64,000 bases of DNA. Source: Octopus sinensis (Eukaryota). Location: NCBI RefSeq assembly GCF_006345805.1, contig NC_042998.1, forward strand, positions 158,596,001 to 158,660,000, given 5' to 3'. Position numbers and translations under genes: made by a program. This document shows positions 1 to 14,330 of the stretch, one piece after another; position 1 is the first letter of the stretch; each line of letters begins with the position of its first letter. Below the pieces are notes generated by a model, which saw only the letters and a list, made by a program, of their open reading frames with translations, did no database searches and had not been told where the DNA came from.

Positions 1-707
1 TAAATAAACGAAGGAATAAAAGAAAAAGGAAAGAAACTAGGTAGGTGACGGAAATTAAGTCGGACAAGTGGGATGTGTAGAAAACACAAACTTTTTACCT
101 CGGTCTATTGATATTCTGTGTTGCTTGGTGGTGCAGGGGTGGAAGATAGCATTTTAGATAGGATCTTAAGCCGCCGGCAGTAACAAAATATCTCTTTTCT
201 CTTCTATATTTGTGTGTTTACTTCTTTTCTTCTCTCCGTTTTTTTTTTTTTCTATTTGTTGATGTGCGTGTGTGTGTGTTTTTGTTATTTTTCTTCTCCT
301 TCTTTAACACCCACTAACTGATGTGGCTAGTTGAGTTTATTAATCGTTCACCGTCCCTGTTCCTGTCGGAAATTACTTGCGCCATTGATAATAAGATTTG
401 ATGACATGCAGTGGCATCTGACGGCAGTCACGAGGCTTGCACACCTCATCGTTGAAAAAAAAAAACTCGTCATTCTCTTTATCTCTCACTCACTTTCACT
501 CTTTCTCTCTTTCTCTCCTCTCTCTCTCTCTCTCTCTGTTTCTTTCTGATGTCCATAATATACATAAACACATCTTGATAAATACACATACAGGCAAGGA
601 CACACATGTATATATGTATGCACAGACATACATACATACATACATAAATACATACATGCATATGTACACACACACACACATATATATATACATATATATA
701 TACATAC

Positions 708-751
<44 letters not shown>

Positions 752-2540
752 TATATATATTATATTATATATATATATATATGGCAGACATATATTTGTA
801 TAAACTCACATACATACAACGAACACACATATATATGTATCTCTCTCTCTATATATATATATATATAAATATATATATGTATATATGCATATATACAAAC
901 ATACACGCGCGTGCGCACATATATATGTGTGTGTGCGTGTGTGTAGGTTTGGTGATACAAATATGGCAAATAGAGCTCAAAATATAAGAATCTCTATATT
1001 TTTATTAATATGTAACGAAGCAACAGAGTTTTTTTTTTTAACTATACCCATATATTCTAGGAGGTGTATCTCAAGTGAAATACAAATAATAACCATCATT
1101 TTCATATCCATACACATGCACAAATACATGTGAATATACATACACACAAACGTTTCCAGAAGTACTATAAAAGATATGTCTCAAGTAGAAATAAACCAAA
1201 TGCAAATTAAAGAACAGCGTCTTTTTTCTATCATAACTACTCACTCTGCTATGTGCACATTTTCGATGCCCCGCCTTCCACTCTGTTTAATTTCATTTTA
1301 TCCGCGTCTCCTTCGTTTTCACATGCATGTCAGCTTAAATTTATTTACCACCAAACTTACAGGTTAAGATATTAAACTCACAACGAAGCAAAGCGAGAGC
1401 TCTGCATGTTCATTCAATCTACTGTGCAGGACCAATGATTAATGACATTCCAACCACGACCACCAAATCTGATTTTTTTTCTTTGAAGTATCGATGTATC
1501 CAAGATCACACTTTCCATTGTGTTCTAGTACGTTATTCCTTTTAGAAGTTAAGGTGCAATTTGAAGGAGATTTAGCTGTTATTTCTTGCATCTGAGTAAT
1601 TATATAAACGTTCAGGTTCATCATACAGCTGTTGGAGGCATTCCAATCGTTGTCATCTCATCCTATTAGATGTATTAAATATTCCCTCTTTCAACGTGCT
1701 ATCTCCGTTCTTTAAAGCAGTAAGATGTAATTTTGGAGATTTGGCTGCTACTTCTTGCACCTTCAGTGATCACTTACAGGTTCCTGAGTAGGCTTTGTTT
1801 AATTCTAGTTCTATCACTTAGAAAAAATATTTACAATGATTAATTTGTCTTTTAGTTTATTAGTTATTTATGTCTACACTATCTCGACATATAATCTATC
1901 AGTTGAAACTATCTCTACAGCAACGTTGCTACACATAATTAAGCCTGAATTGCTTTATGCAATATCGCAAAATATAATTTAATTAAAACCTCTACAATAT
2001 TTCTACACGAAATTTAGCTGTTCACACACCTTTGAGTTGTAATTTATCTATTTAAACCACTTTAACGTAATTTGCTTATCGTTGCTATGTATATGCAAAC
2101 TCAGCAATGCGTTTATATTTAATTTGTCTGAGCGCACCATCTCTACAATATCACCTCGAGGGAAATTCTCCAATATTTAGTCGTACAATTTAACTGTACA
2201 AGATCGTTGCTCTACAAGATCGTTGCTCTTTCTATGCAAACAGGGCGACACCTCTACAAATAATTTATCTCAAAAAGAAATGTCTGCATAAATTATGTAA
2301 TTTATAACTGTTGTCATATCTTTTACTTGTTTCAGTCATTAGACTGCAGTCCTACAGGAGCACCGCCTTGAAGTGCGCCAACAGGACTGCAGTCAGTCCC
2401 ACTATTTATTTTTCACAAAGTCTGGTAATTTTTCTCTCGGTCATTTTTGCCGGACTGCTATGTTTATCAACCAACGCCGATTGTTCAGCAGTGTTGTGGG
2501 CTAATGTAGACACAAAGGCGCACACACACAAAAATGCACA

Positions 2541-2586
<46 letters not shown>

Positions 2587-2927
2587 TACACATACATACT
2601 CACACACGCACGCACTCGAATACACACATCATTTCGCTTCAGTTCGCTTCAGTATAGCGATATTAATAACCTGGTGTTAGAACTCAATATACGTATGCTT
2701 CAGAGAAAAACGTTAGTCAAGCACAGTGCGTAATAAGAGATTATACGATAAGGGAGCAGGAAATGATGAAAGGAACTTCATTAGCTTACCGTTGTTTCTG
2801 CTATAAGATGCAATGCAATCATAGTTGAGTGCTCGTGTATTATCTTATAGCTTCGTCGTAACTTCATAATTTTTTTATTCCCGTGTCTTTTACATAGTCT
2901 CTTATTACGTCTTGTGTGTGTGTGTGT

Positions 2928-2985
<58 letters not shown>

Positions 2986-3524
2986 TGTGTGTGTGCATGT
3001 GTGTGTTTCCGTCTACCAAATTCATATGCTGCTGATCAGCCCGAGGCTAACATAGAATACACTTACTTGCTTAAGGTACTGCACCGTGGGACTGAACCCA
3101 AAATCACATGGTTACAAAACGTGCTTGTGAACCACACAAGTCATGCTTGCGCCTATAAACAACAAAGTATGTTCAAACCACCTGCACAATATCTCTACAT
3201 ATAATTTATCTGTACAAAGCATTTCTACAATATTTATTCGGTATATCTATCAGTTTGCAGTAAAATATTCAATAGTTACGTATATGAGAACTGTGTAATA
3301 TCTCCACACATAATTTATCTATCCAAACCAGCTCTACATAATCATTGCTACGCATGAAGAAGCTCTGTAATATCTGTATATCTAATGTATATATCGAATG
3401 CATCGCTATAATAATCGCTGTTATGTTTAAGGAAATGCTACAATATCTCTACATAGGTATACCATACCTCTGCAATCCATCTCTACAATAGCTCTGACTT
3501 CTCCCTCACTTAATCAATGTAAAC

Positions 3525-3775
3525 CCTACCTACCTACCTACCTACCTACCTACCTATCTACCTACCTACCTACCTACATACATACATACATACATACATA
3601 CATACATACATACATACATACATACATACCTACCTACCTACCTAATACCTACATACATACATACATACATACATACATACATACATACATACATACATAC
3701 ATACATACATACATACATACATACCTACCTACCTACCTACCTACCAACCTACTTACCTACCTACTAACCTACCTG
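3525..3775. repeat. Compound (CCTA)n/(CATA)n microsatellite
   Basis: Read directly from the sequence. Confidence 0.95.
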
Positions 3776-4569
3776 GCTATATTTCTCCTTTTCTTCTTTG
3801 CCTTTCGTTTTGCTTTATATTTTCTTTACTCAAAATAAAAACTTCTTAACAGCTTGGTACTGCCGTCACTACAACGATCATCACATGTATCCAAAACAAC
3901 AATATCGTTAGCAGTATACATACATACGTACGTACGTATGTATGTATGTATGTATGTTGTATGTATGTATGTATGTATGTATGTATGTATGTATGCGTAT
4001 AGGTATGTGTTTACCTTTTGTTCAGTTCTACAATTTTTATTCAACATATGTGTATGTATGTATGTATGTATGCATGCGTATATGTGTGTGTTTTCCTTTT
4101 GTTCAGTTCTTCAATTTTTATTCAACATACAAGTGAATTTTTTTCTTTCTCTTTCTCTTAACAATCAGAGCTTAATAAATAATGCAGTTATTGAATATTT
4201 TAATAAAAATTTTCCTGACATTTTTTATATGCAAAAACACAAATGCAGTTTTGTTATTGTTATTATCATAGCCTAAGTTAGAAATCATCATCATCATCAT
4301 CATCATCACTATCATCATGAGCATCACTATCATCATCATCGTTTCATTATTGCTGTTGTTGTCGTTGTTGTTGTTATTGTTATTCTTTTTTCGACAGTAT
4401 CTCCTCTTTATATTCGTCTGCTGTTCTTGAAAAAGTTTATCTATGAACTGCGCTGACCGATTATTTAGTAAGTTAGTGACAATTGATAAAATAGACAGAT
4501 ACAAAGAAAGCGACTCAAATACAAAAATGTGTATATGATGTACATGTATATATAGATGCATATATATAC

Positions 4570-4633
<64 letters not shown>

Positions 4634-4940
4634 TAGACAGACAGACAGACAGACAGATATAGATATATTTATATAGAAACACATGTATATATGCATATGT
4701 GACTTACTTTTGCGTGCTTAAGAGAGAAGTATTATTTTTAAGGACAAGTAACATTATTTTCAAATATTGATGAAAGACGAATAAACAAAATAAATGGATA
4801 AACAAATAAGTAAATTAATAAAGATTCCTAGTGATTATGAGAAATACTTTTAAGCAAAAAGAAAAAACAATTTAAAGCCACATAGGTGTATTATATATGT
4901 GCGATTGTAAATGATTGTGTGTGCGCAAGTCTGAGTGGCG

Positions 4941-5044
<104 letters not shown>

Positions 5045-5574
5045 AATAATGTATATATGCATGTATGTATGTATGTATGTATGTATGTATATATTATATA
5101 TATCTGCATATACATATATATTTTTATATATGCATATATACGTATATATATATACATATATGTGTGTGTGTGGCCGTGTGCGCGCATTAAAGAGAGAGCG
5201 AATAGGCATTAGGAGAGTAAACAAGTGTTTTAACAAAAAAAGATGAATTGCAATGAAATTATTTTTTATATTCTCAATCGAAAAATAAGAAACATTACTA
5301 AAATAGGTGTACAAATAAATATAGATGTGTATTTGCGTGTGTGAGTGTGTGAGTGTGAGTGTGAGTATGTATGTATGTATGTATGTATGTATGTATGTAT
5401 GTATGTATGTATGTATGTATGTATTTATGTATGTATGTATATATGTATGTATGTACACATATGCTTATATAGAAATCAGTGTTCCTGTTTGCGTAAATTC
5501 AAATAGGTATGTAAAATAGCATTATAACTACTCTAGTTTGTTATCCTCCTTGTTATAACTCTAACTTTTCTTTA

Positions 5575-5628
5575 TATGTGTACTCCTATAAATATGTGTA
5601 CTCCTATAAATATGTGTACTCCTATAAA
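5575..5628. repeat. 18-bp tandem repeat x3 (TATGTGTACTCCTATAAA)
   Basis: Three exact units. Confidence 0.95.
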
Positions 5629-5645
5629 TACAAAAAGGCATATAT

Positions 5646-5707
<62 letters not shown>

Positions 5708-5927
5708 TATATATATACACACAGATGTCTATGTATGTATGTATATATATATATATGTGTATATATATATAGGTAGGTATGTATAAATATATATATAGAT
5801 AAATGTATCTATGTAGATATGTATATAAACACATACGTGATATCTGTGTATATATATACATATAGATACATATGTATGAATGTATATATACATACATACG
5901 TATATATACATATGTATGTATGTATAA

Positions 5928-5974
<47 letters not shown>

Positions 5975-5984
5975 ATATAGACAA

Positions 5985-6312
5985 GGCGCATGTCTCAGTG
6001 GTTAGAGCGTCGAGCTTACGATCGTGAGGTTGTGAGCTCGAATCCCGGACCGGGCTGCGTGTTGTGTTCTTGAGCAAGACACTTTATTTCACGTTGTTCC
6101 AGTTAACTCAGCTGTAGAAATGAGTTGCGACGTCACAGGTGCCAAGGTGTATCGGCCTTTGCCTTTCCCTAGGAAAATACTGGTGGCGTGGAGAGGGGAG
6201 GCTGGTATGCATGGGCGACTGCTGGTCTTCCATAAACAGCCTTGCCCGGACTGAGAGGGTAACTTTCTAGGTGCAATCCTATGGTCTGTGTCGTGACCGA
6301 AGGGGGCCTCTC
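5985..6312 (+). mobile_element. tRNA-derived SINE family C (partial copies at 24862-24990, 25322-25450, 39163-39337)
   Basis: tRNA-like head ggcgcatgtctcagtggttagagcg...tcgaatccc, then gttgtgttcttgagcaagacactt core. Confidence 0.8.
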
Positions 6313-6315
6313 AGA

Positions 6316-6592
6316 CAATTATATAAATATACAACTAAACAATACGTATAAATATGCGGAAAATATTTGAAAATATTCTTTTCTACTCAAGGCACAAGGC
6401 CCGAAATTTGGGGGGAGGGAGGTGGGGCCAGACGATTAGACCGACCAGTACGCAACTTGTGCTAATTTATCGACCCCGAAAGAATGAAAGGTTAAGTCGA
6501 CCTCGGCGGAATTTGAACTCAGAACGTAACGGCAGACGAAATACCGCTAAGCATTTCGCTCGGTGTGCTAACGTTTCTGCCAGCTCACCGCA
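6316..6592 (-). mobile_element. tRNA-derived SINE family B (Meta-domain-like core) plus 3' flank
   Basis: Core gaggtcgacttaacctttcattctttcggggtcgataaatt on the minus strand. Confidence 0.85.
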
Positions 6593-6804
6593 ATAGTATT
6601 TGAAAACGTTGATGCAAAATGAGTCATTTTATTTCAGTATAATGTTATCAATGAGTTGAATAGTTTAATAAAATAAAGTGAGTGCGTATACGGAAGTGTG
6701 TAGTGAGGTTCTGAAGTTTAGATACGTTGAAGGTGAACTAACTGTATTCCATATAATACGAATAAGAAACAGCGTCCAGCTTAGATACTGACATCGAAGA
6801 TAAA

Positions 6805-6824
6805 ACTATTATTATTATTATTAT

Positions 6825-6869
<45 letters not shown>

Positions 6870-6929
6870 AGTAGTAGTAGTAGTAGTATTGTTGTTATTA
6901 TTATCATCATCATCATCATCATCATTGTT

Positions 6930-6973
<44 letters not shown>

Positions 6974-6982
6974 GTAGATAGG

Positions 6983-7048
<66 letters not shown>

Positions 7049-7050
7049 TG
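6805..7050. repeat. Compound microsatellite (ATT)(AGT)(ATC)(ATAG)(AG)
   Basis: Read directly from the sequence. Confidence 0.95.
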
Positions 7051-8680
7051 TAGGTAGGTACGTACGCAGTATGTGGGTGTTTTAGGAATGTAACAGAAAT
7101 CAATCTTGAAAATTCTATTAAAATTTAATAACACACAAAAATTTCAAGATATCTTTGTTGTAATATTTGTTTATCTGCAAATATTGTGAACAGAAACGTC
7201 TAGTTTTGCATCTTTGTTTGAATCCGCGTGTGTGTGTGTGTGTATGTATGTCTATATCTATGTGAATGTGAGTATGTGTGTAGGTGTGTGTGTGTTTATA
7301 TTTATGTAAATATATGTGTGTGTATCAAAGTAAGAAAATATAAAAGATAAAAGCAGAAACAGTGTAACAGTGTCTTCAGCTATTTTCAAAATATTTTCAA
7401 AATAATCTTTATTGACAGAAATCTGATATACCGACGTGTGTGTGTGTGTGTGTGTGTAAATTTATAAATATAATATACATATATTGATATGTATGTGTGT
7501 GTATATATATATATATATATATGAATGTATGCGCATATATATGTTTGTGAGTGTATAGATATATATATATATATATATATACATGCACATACATATAAAT
7601 ATATATATATATATATATACACACATACACATACACATACATATATATATATATATATATACACATACATACACTGACATATATACATATCCATACAAGA
7701 TCACACTAATTTATTACGAAAATTATGCGATATCAATTATAAAAAGCTTACGGAATGTCTCTTAAATTCATTTTTCTTGTTTAATGTACTTTTACATTTC
7801 ATCTTCAATATAACTTTACTGAAAGATAATGAAAGAGCATAAGAAAAGATTGCTAAGATATCGCTTCAGAATGATATTTGAGTAAGGCGAAGTTATCATA
7901 GAATTTTTGAACAGAAATATTTTGAGGGTTTTGTTCTCGCAAATATTTTCCAAGTAAGCAAAATACACTGGCTAAGGAATGGATCTAATGGTGTCTCGAA
8001 ACACGAGAAGAGCCATGTTCTGAAATAATTTTTTGTTGTCTTTTCAAGCTTTGAATAGGTTCTTACACGCCAAAATATGAACCCTAGGATAATGAAACAA
8101 TATAATGTAGAAAATGAGTGATGCACATTGTAAAGCATATTGTAAAGCTGCAACGTATGGCTTTCTTCCTATAACTTGGTCAAGCAATCCTTCTAACGCC
8201 CTCCTCCCTCCCGGCAAACATAAACACATTCATGTGCGTGTTTTGGGGGGTGTGCGCGTGTGTGTTGTGCACATACATGTGTACTTGTGTGCCACAAGCG
8301 TGGCTGTGTGGTAAGAATTATGACATGGTTCCAGGTTCACTGTTACTACGTGGAAACTTTTGCAAGTGCCTTCTACTATAACTTCGGGCCAATCAAATCC
8401 TTGTCAGTGGATTTGGCAGACGGAAACTAAAAGAAGCATGTCGTGCATATATGTGTGTGTGCGTATGTGTGTGTATCAGTATGTGTAACCTTGTACCTAA
8501 GTTAATAAATAATATTTGAAAAATGATTATAGATTTTCTTCATTAATGTAAGTGTTATATAAAGAAACGAAGAAGTGATATGCTAAAGTATACAGCAAAT
8601 CAAAAATGACCAACCCTCACCAGTTACAAATAACTATCAAATTTATATACTTTAAATAAAGAGGCGATTATCACGATTGC

Positions 8681-8720
<40 letters not shown>

Positions 8721-8764
8721 GTATGTATGTATGTATGTATGCAGGTATGTATGTATATACACCT

Positions 8765-9245
8765 CTGTCAGGTCACTTTTGAGTGCTCCTGGTAACATGT
8801 AACCCAGTACAACCTGTTGCATGGTTGTGTCGTCGGCGACTAAACCGGCAACCCCACCAAGCTTGCTTGGTGAGGAGGGTGTTTATTGGACACCCTGCGG
8901 GATGAAAAACATAACCCGTCAAAGGGCGGAGGAACTCTTGAGAGTCAACGGCCATCCAATAAATGCCTTAAGGCTGTATCATGCGCGGTCACATAGAAAT
9001 AATCGGACTGAATACCCGATCGCGCGGTTAAACCATTGGGAATGAAGGACTCCTAGCTTTTGTTAGGGCATCCTTCTAGGAGAAGGTAACTCAGATAACT
9101 GGGATAACTCCGACATAAAACCTGCGGCTCAGTGGTTACCAATGGTGTTGACTTGTACTTCTTTTCGGATTATGGCTGGTGTTGCTTAGTGAGTGGGATT
9201 GACTTAGTGCACAGCCTTTCCTCACTTTAAAAATCTTCTTGCACA
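8765..9245 (+). mobile_element. GC-richer repeat resembling a LINE (RTE-type) 5' leader
   Basis: Non-coding, several hairpins, taggagaaggtaactc...aaaacc motif reminiscent of RTE 5' UTRs (from recall, not a search). Confidence 0.35.
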
Positions 9246-9388
9246 GGCATTGCACGATAACAACATTGATTAAGCTTCGTACAATGGCCATACTCGATAA
9301 CGAGGGGGCAGTCACTATGTATATACACACGCAAACACACACCGCACTTACACACACACACACACACATACACAGACACACACACACA

Positions 9389-9432
<44 letters not shown>

Positions 9433-9632
9433 CATGCACAAACATAAATATATATACTAAATACGTTCCTTGCAACGGGAACGTAGATTTTAATTGCTGT
9501 TATAGGCACCGTATTTTGTTATGCAACCATAATATATTGACAAGTATATTAAAGGTTTATAAGTTAACAATGTGTTCTAGCGGTGTTGGCAACGCTATTC
9601 CATTACTTTTTAGTTATCTCCATAAATTTTCG

Positions 9633-10040
9633 GGCGCAGGCGTAGCTGTATGATAAGAAGCTTGCTTTCCAACCACATAGTTCCGGATTCACTCCATTGC
9701 GTGACACCTTGGGCAAGTGTCTTCTACTATAGCCTCGGGTCGGCCAAACCATTCTAAGAGTGGATGATGTGGTAGATGGAAACTGAAAGAAGCCCGTCGT
9801 AATATGTGTGTGTGTGTGTGTGTTTTTGTGTTTGGTGTCTGTATTTGTCCTCCTCACCTCACTATCGCTTGACAACCGATGTTGGTGTGCTTCTTTCCTT
9901 GTAACATAGTGGTTCGGAAGAGACCGATAGAATAAGTACTAGGCTTACAGAGAATAAGTCCTGGGGTCGATTTGTTCGATAAAGGCAGTGCTCCAGTATG
10001 ACCGCAGTCAAATGACTAAAGCAGGTAAATGAATAACAGA
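9633..10040 (+). mobile_element. tRNA-derived SINE family A, full length
   Basis: Head ggcgcaggcgtagctg with A/B-box-like motifs, internal (TG)n, tail cagtcaaatgact. Confidence 0.85.
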
Positions 10041-10098
10041 ATGTATGTATGTATGTATGTATGTATGTATGTATGTATGTATGTATGTTATATATATA

Positions 10099-10161
<63 letters not shown>

Positions 10162-10396
10162 CCAACTTCGACCCTCCATAAATCCCCAAATTTATTTTCG
10201 AATTTATGGGAGTAACTGTCTTTCAAGACTCATATTGTCGTTGTATGCTTGAAATGAAGAGTAGACAGACAGCCGACAACCGATGAAGGATCGTTCTTTG
10301 TGTTACATGTCATGTTTTCCAATTTTTTTCTCTCGTTGTTTGCGTAGCTATCTCGTTTGTTTTCGTACTTCATGTTGCTTGCACAGTGGTGACGTC

Positions 10397-10429
<33 letters not shown>

Positions 10430-10439
<10 letters not shown>

Positions 10440-10816
10440 CTGAAGTTGTCTGTGTATGGCAGGTTTGGCAGCCTTCAACTAACACTATCTCCTCCGAGAC
10501 CGTGCGGCGCAAGTTGACCAAAATTGAGAGTATGATAGAAGGCTTGCTCTTCCTTCCGTAGAAGAAAAAATTCGAATTGGACCATGTTAACACCTAAAAT
10601 TATTTACTTCAAAATGTTGCGTTTTTTGTTTGAAAATCTTTATTTTTTACGATTTTTTGACTGCTGTGTCGCCATTTTTCGGTGTATTTCAACCAGAATA
10701 ATGTTCACTTAAAGACAATAGCAAGCTACATAATGCAAAATCTTTGCTTTTAAAAATTCCAATTCTAAAGGGTCGAAATGAAAACAATCCCGAGTAACGC
10801 TGAGCTATACTGCTAG
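10430..10816 (+). mobile_element. Non-autonomous Helitron, copy 1
   Basis: Ends cccgagtaacgctgagctatactgCTAG-T (CTAG 10813-16); 5' end is lost in (TA)n. Confidence 0.6.
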
Positions 10817-10820
10817 TATA

Positions 10821-11336
10821 TCTATATATATAAAACTGTAGTTGTGGGAGTGTCTGTCTCCTACGATTTAGATTCCTAACTCCTCCCACATTTTGCGGTG
10901 CAGTTTAACCAAATTCGGGTATCTTATAGTCGTGATTCATATCGAGCCCGTCTGAGTATTAGTGCGCATCTACGATGAGTCTACGATTTTAAAAATAATT
11001 TAACATCATTTTTTATTCCATTTAATGCATAATTTTTCGTGTGTCGATGGCGGCGGAGTTGGCGTCCACGCTCAAACACCTGCACCTGTGTTTGCTTCTC
11101 CCCCTTCTTCCCTCCCTCGTGAAGCTGTGGGGAAGGGAGTTTAAGGAAATCAACGTCGTAATGCGTTGTCAAGGAGACCAGCGTTCTTTTAGAACAACGA
11201 CTTCATGGCTTGAAGACACCAAAACAGAAATGGCTAAGAAAGCCCGAATTGGCATCTATAAAGGAAGTAACTCTCTAAAAATGCTTATATAGTTATTTCC
11301 CTTACAAACCCGAGCAACGCCGGGCGATACTGCTAG
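10821..11336 (+). mobile_element. Non-autonomous Helitron, copy 2
   Basis: Starts A^TC at 10821; ends with hairpin CCCG-agcaacgc-CGGG, an 8-nt spacer, then CTAG-T (11333-36). Confidence 0.7.
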
Positions 11337-11478
11337 TATATATATATATATATAAAACTTTGCTACATAATTATCTGTCGTCATTCCCGCTCAAGAGCCT
11401 TAACCTACGGAGACTTACAACATGCTGTATTAAATCTGAATGAAACAGAGTTCATTGAACGAAGTAATTCTTATTACG

Positions 11479-11582
11479 TCACCTGACGAGACGCTTCTGC
11501 ATCGAAGGTTGGAGCATAACTAATTGTATAGATTCCCACCATCTAGGGATCGATGCAGGATATTTCGAAACGATCGTTGTGA
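11479..11582 (+). ncRNA. Type I hammerhead ribozyme, partly degenerate
   Basis: UCAC-CUGACGA(11483-89)-G...CUGCAUCGA/UCGAUGCAG...C-GAAA(11567-70)C GAUC GUU-GUGA; palindrome ACGAUCGU, 4-bp stem I, GUU triplet. Confidence 0.7.
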
Positions 11583-12369
11583 GCAATACAGTTACCCGTG
11601 TATTCCATTTCCCGCCTCCATTTGGTGTTGTGTGTTTTTGTGTGCGTACGTGCGCGCGCTTGTGTGTTTGTGTGTGTGTATAGATTTAGATATTGCATGA
11701 TGTGTGTTTGAATATTGGGAAGTAAAAGGTTAAATAAGCAAATATGCGTCATTTTCACCTGTTGTTTTATGTGTTTGTATGTATTTATGTATGTTTGTAT
11801 ATATGTATGTAAATTTGTATGTTTGTATGTATGCATACGAATGTTTATATGTGAAGAAGAAAGAGAGTGATTAATTGATCAGTCAAATATTCTCGGCAGT
11901 AAGCCAAAATGGAATGGCTATAAACAATGTAAAATTGACTTGAAAGAAGTTGGCTCCCAAATGATAATGCGGTCTGATTAACTTCGATATTTGTCATTCC
12001 TCATTGATCATCATTCTAACGGAGCTCTTTGTTATTTAGTTAGGGCAGCCAACATTTTACATTTCACTGCCATGCAAGAGTCATTTGGAACGATAGACCT
12101 CATCATTGCTTAATCGTTGTGTTCAGCAGTCTGGATATTATTCTGCCATTATATACATTTCTAAGTTAGTTAGATAGCAATCAAGCTTAGTGATAGTCAT
12201 CTCTAAACTGATCATCATTTAAATACATTAATTACAAAGTTAGTACTTCACTTTCATAAACCCGAAGCAGCTATTATCTTTTTCTCCTTTCAATTACTAA
12301 TTATGTGTCCAAAAACCATAAAACCAGCAGCAGGAACAATTGCGCCATCCTCGACAACACCAACAATAT

Positions 12370-12402
<33 letters not shown>

Positions 12403-13142
12403 CACACACTATGTATAGCAGTGATTAATTCTTTGTGAAACGATACTATTTTATATCGCCACATAGCACTTTCTATATTCAGTCACCAATTAAAATGTCT
12501 GGGAATATTATAACTGAAGGCAACTTGTGTCTGTCATAAGTGCAAATTAAGTTAATTCGGTTCATTGCAATGTCTACATTTAATAAATCCTCAGGTGTAA
12601 AGATATATTTCTATATTTCTGAGATGAGATATTATATCTAGAATACTAAACATTAATTAGGCTATTAACTTCATCTGTTCTCTGCTCTTATTAGCACACA
12701 CTATCAATCTTATATACATGGGTGTATGTATTTGTGTATGATTCAGTTTGCATATCGATATAACGATATATGTGTGCTCGGATTTAAGAACGCGTGTGTA
12801 TGTGAATGTGAAAGTGTATGTATGTATAAGTATATTTTTAGAATACGTATATCTATGTGTATCAATACGAGCTTATACATGTATATGTGTGTTTTAGTAC
12901 TTGTATATATGTTATGATAAGGGTTTTGTATGGTGATTGCATTGATAACGGGAATACAAACTGCACTGGAATGGGAGTACAGACTGGAAAAAAAGGCAAA
13001 CAGTTAATGAGATCATAAATGCTGCTCGGTAATTCTGGAAAAAGTGATACTGTGGGAAGGTGCCGAAATTGTAATGATCTCCAATCGACAGTGGATGAAG
13101 AGAATACCATGCAACGCAGGTTGTATGTAAAATAAGTGATTT

Positions 13143-13189
<47 letters not shown>

Positions 13190-13965
13190 ACATATTTATA
13201 ATGGTACATTTTGGGTTTGCAGCATTACCCACACCAATTCTTAATTAGTTGTGAAGTATCTACAGAAAAATCTACTTCATTTCGATATTAGCTTTCATGT
13301 AGATGAAAAAAGGTATACCATGCGAAGTATGCTTACATTTTTTACCTGCATGTGTTTGCGATTCTTTGTCTTTATTTATATATGTGTGTATAAACATATG
13401 CACATATATATATGTGTATGTTTGACTATGTGTGTAAGTGCGTGTACATTTCTTATGATACACGAACCATCCTTATTTATCGTGTTCAATATGATGGACG
13501 AGGCAGAGTAATAGAAATCGAATCGAACATTGTGAGGTGAGTTTAGATAAAAAGGTGAGTGAGGTTACTTAAAGAAAACCTTGTATTCATCGTTATCTAT
13601 GCGTGTCTGTTGTAGAGGGTGTACGCATTTATTATGTATGTCTGTATGTATTAGTGTGTGAGTATGTTTGTATGAGTGTGGTGAAATGAATAAGCTAATG
13701 ACCGAACAGAGAGAAAAATAAACTGAATGCTTTTCAAGTTACTTAAGGGAAATCAACTTTCTAAAAACAGTCTTTAACTGACAGTGTTTTTTCCTGCACA
13801 CTCTATTCAATACCAAATTAGAAACTGCACCGAAATTGTGCACGACCCCACATAGAATGAAATGCTTATACAATTTACACACACACATGCATGTAGGCTT
13901 TAATAAATATAATACATACCCACACGCATACATACATCTTATTTTCTGTGTGTGTGTATATATAT

Positions 13966-14030
<65 letters not shown>

Positions 14031-14274
14031 CATATACATATTCATATACGTATGTGCATGAGTGTGTGTACATGTGTACACAGAAACTTATATACACACA
14101 CATGCAAACAGCATATATAAACATGTAGCTAAATATATATGCGTACATTTGTCTCTGCATACGTAAACAAACTGAAAGGTGGATAAAATATTCCACAAAT
14201 TAAGCCTACACCTATTAACGTACATATTTGCGCGCACACACACATACACACAGGTGCGCGCTTTCATACATACA

Positions 14275-14306
<32 letters not shown>

Positions 14307-14330
14307 CATACCATACATACATACATACAT

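Noticed and set aside
5575-5628. CRISPR-like array
   Set aside because: Contiguous tandem repeat without spacers, in a eukaryotic context.
5985-6056. tRNA-like sequence (and other SINE heads)
   Set aside because: Runs directly into a SINE body and has no proper acceptor stem; not a tRNA gene.
12930-13130. Possible LINE endonuclease fragment (also a possible RTE 3' fragment at 25080-25300)
   Set aside because: Too many stops and only vague motif resemblance to call without a search.
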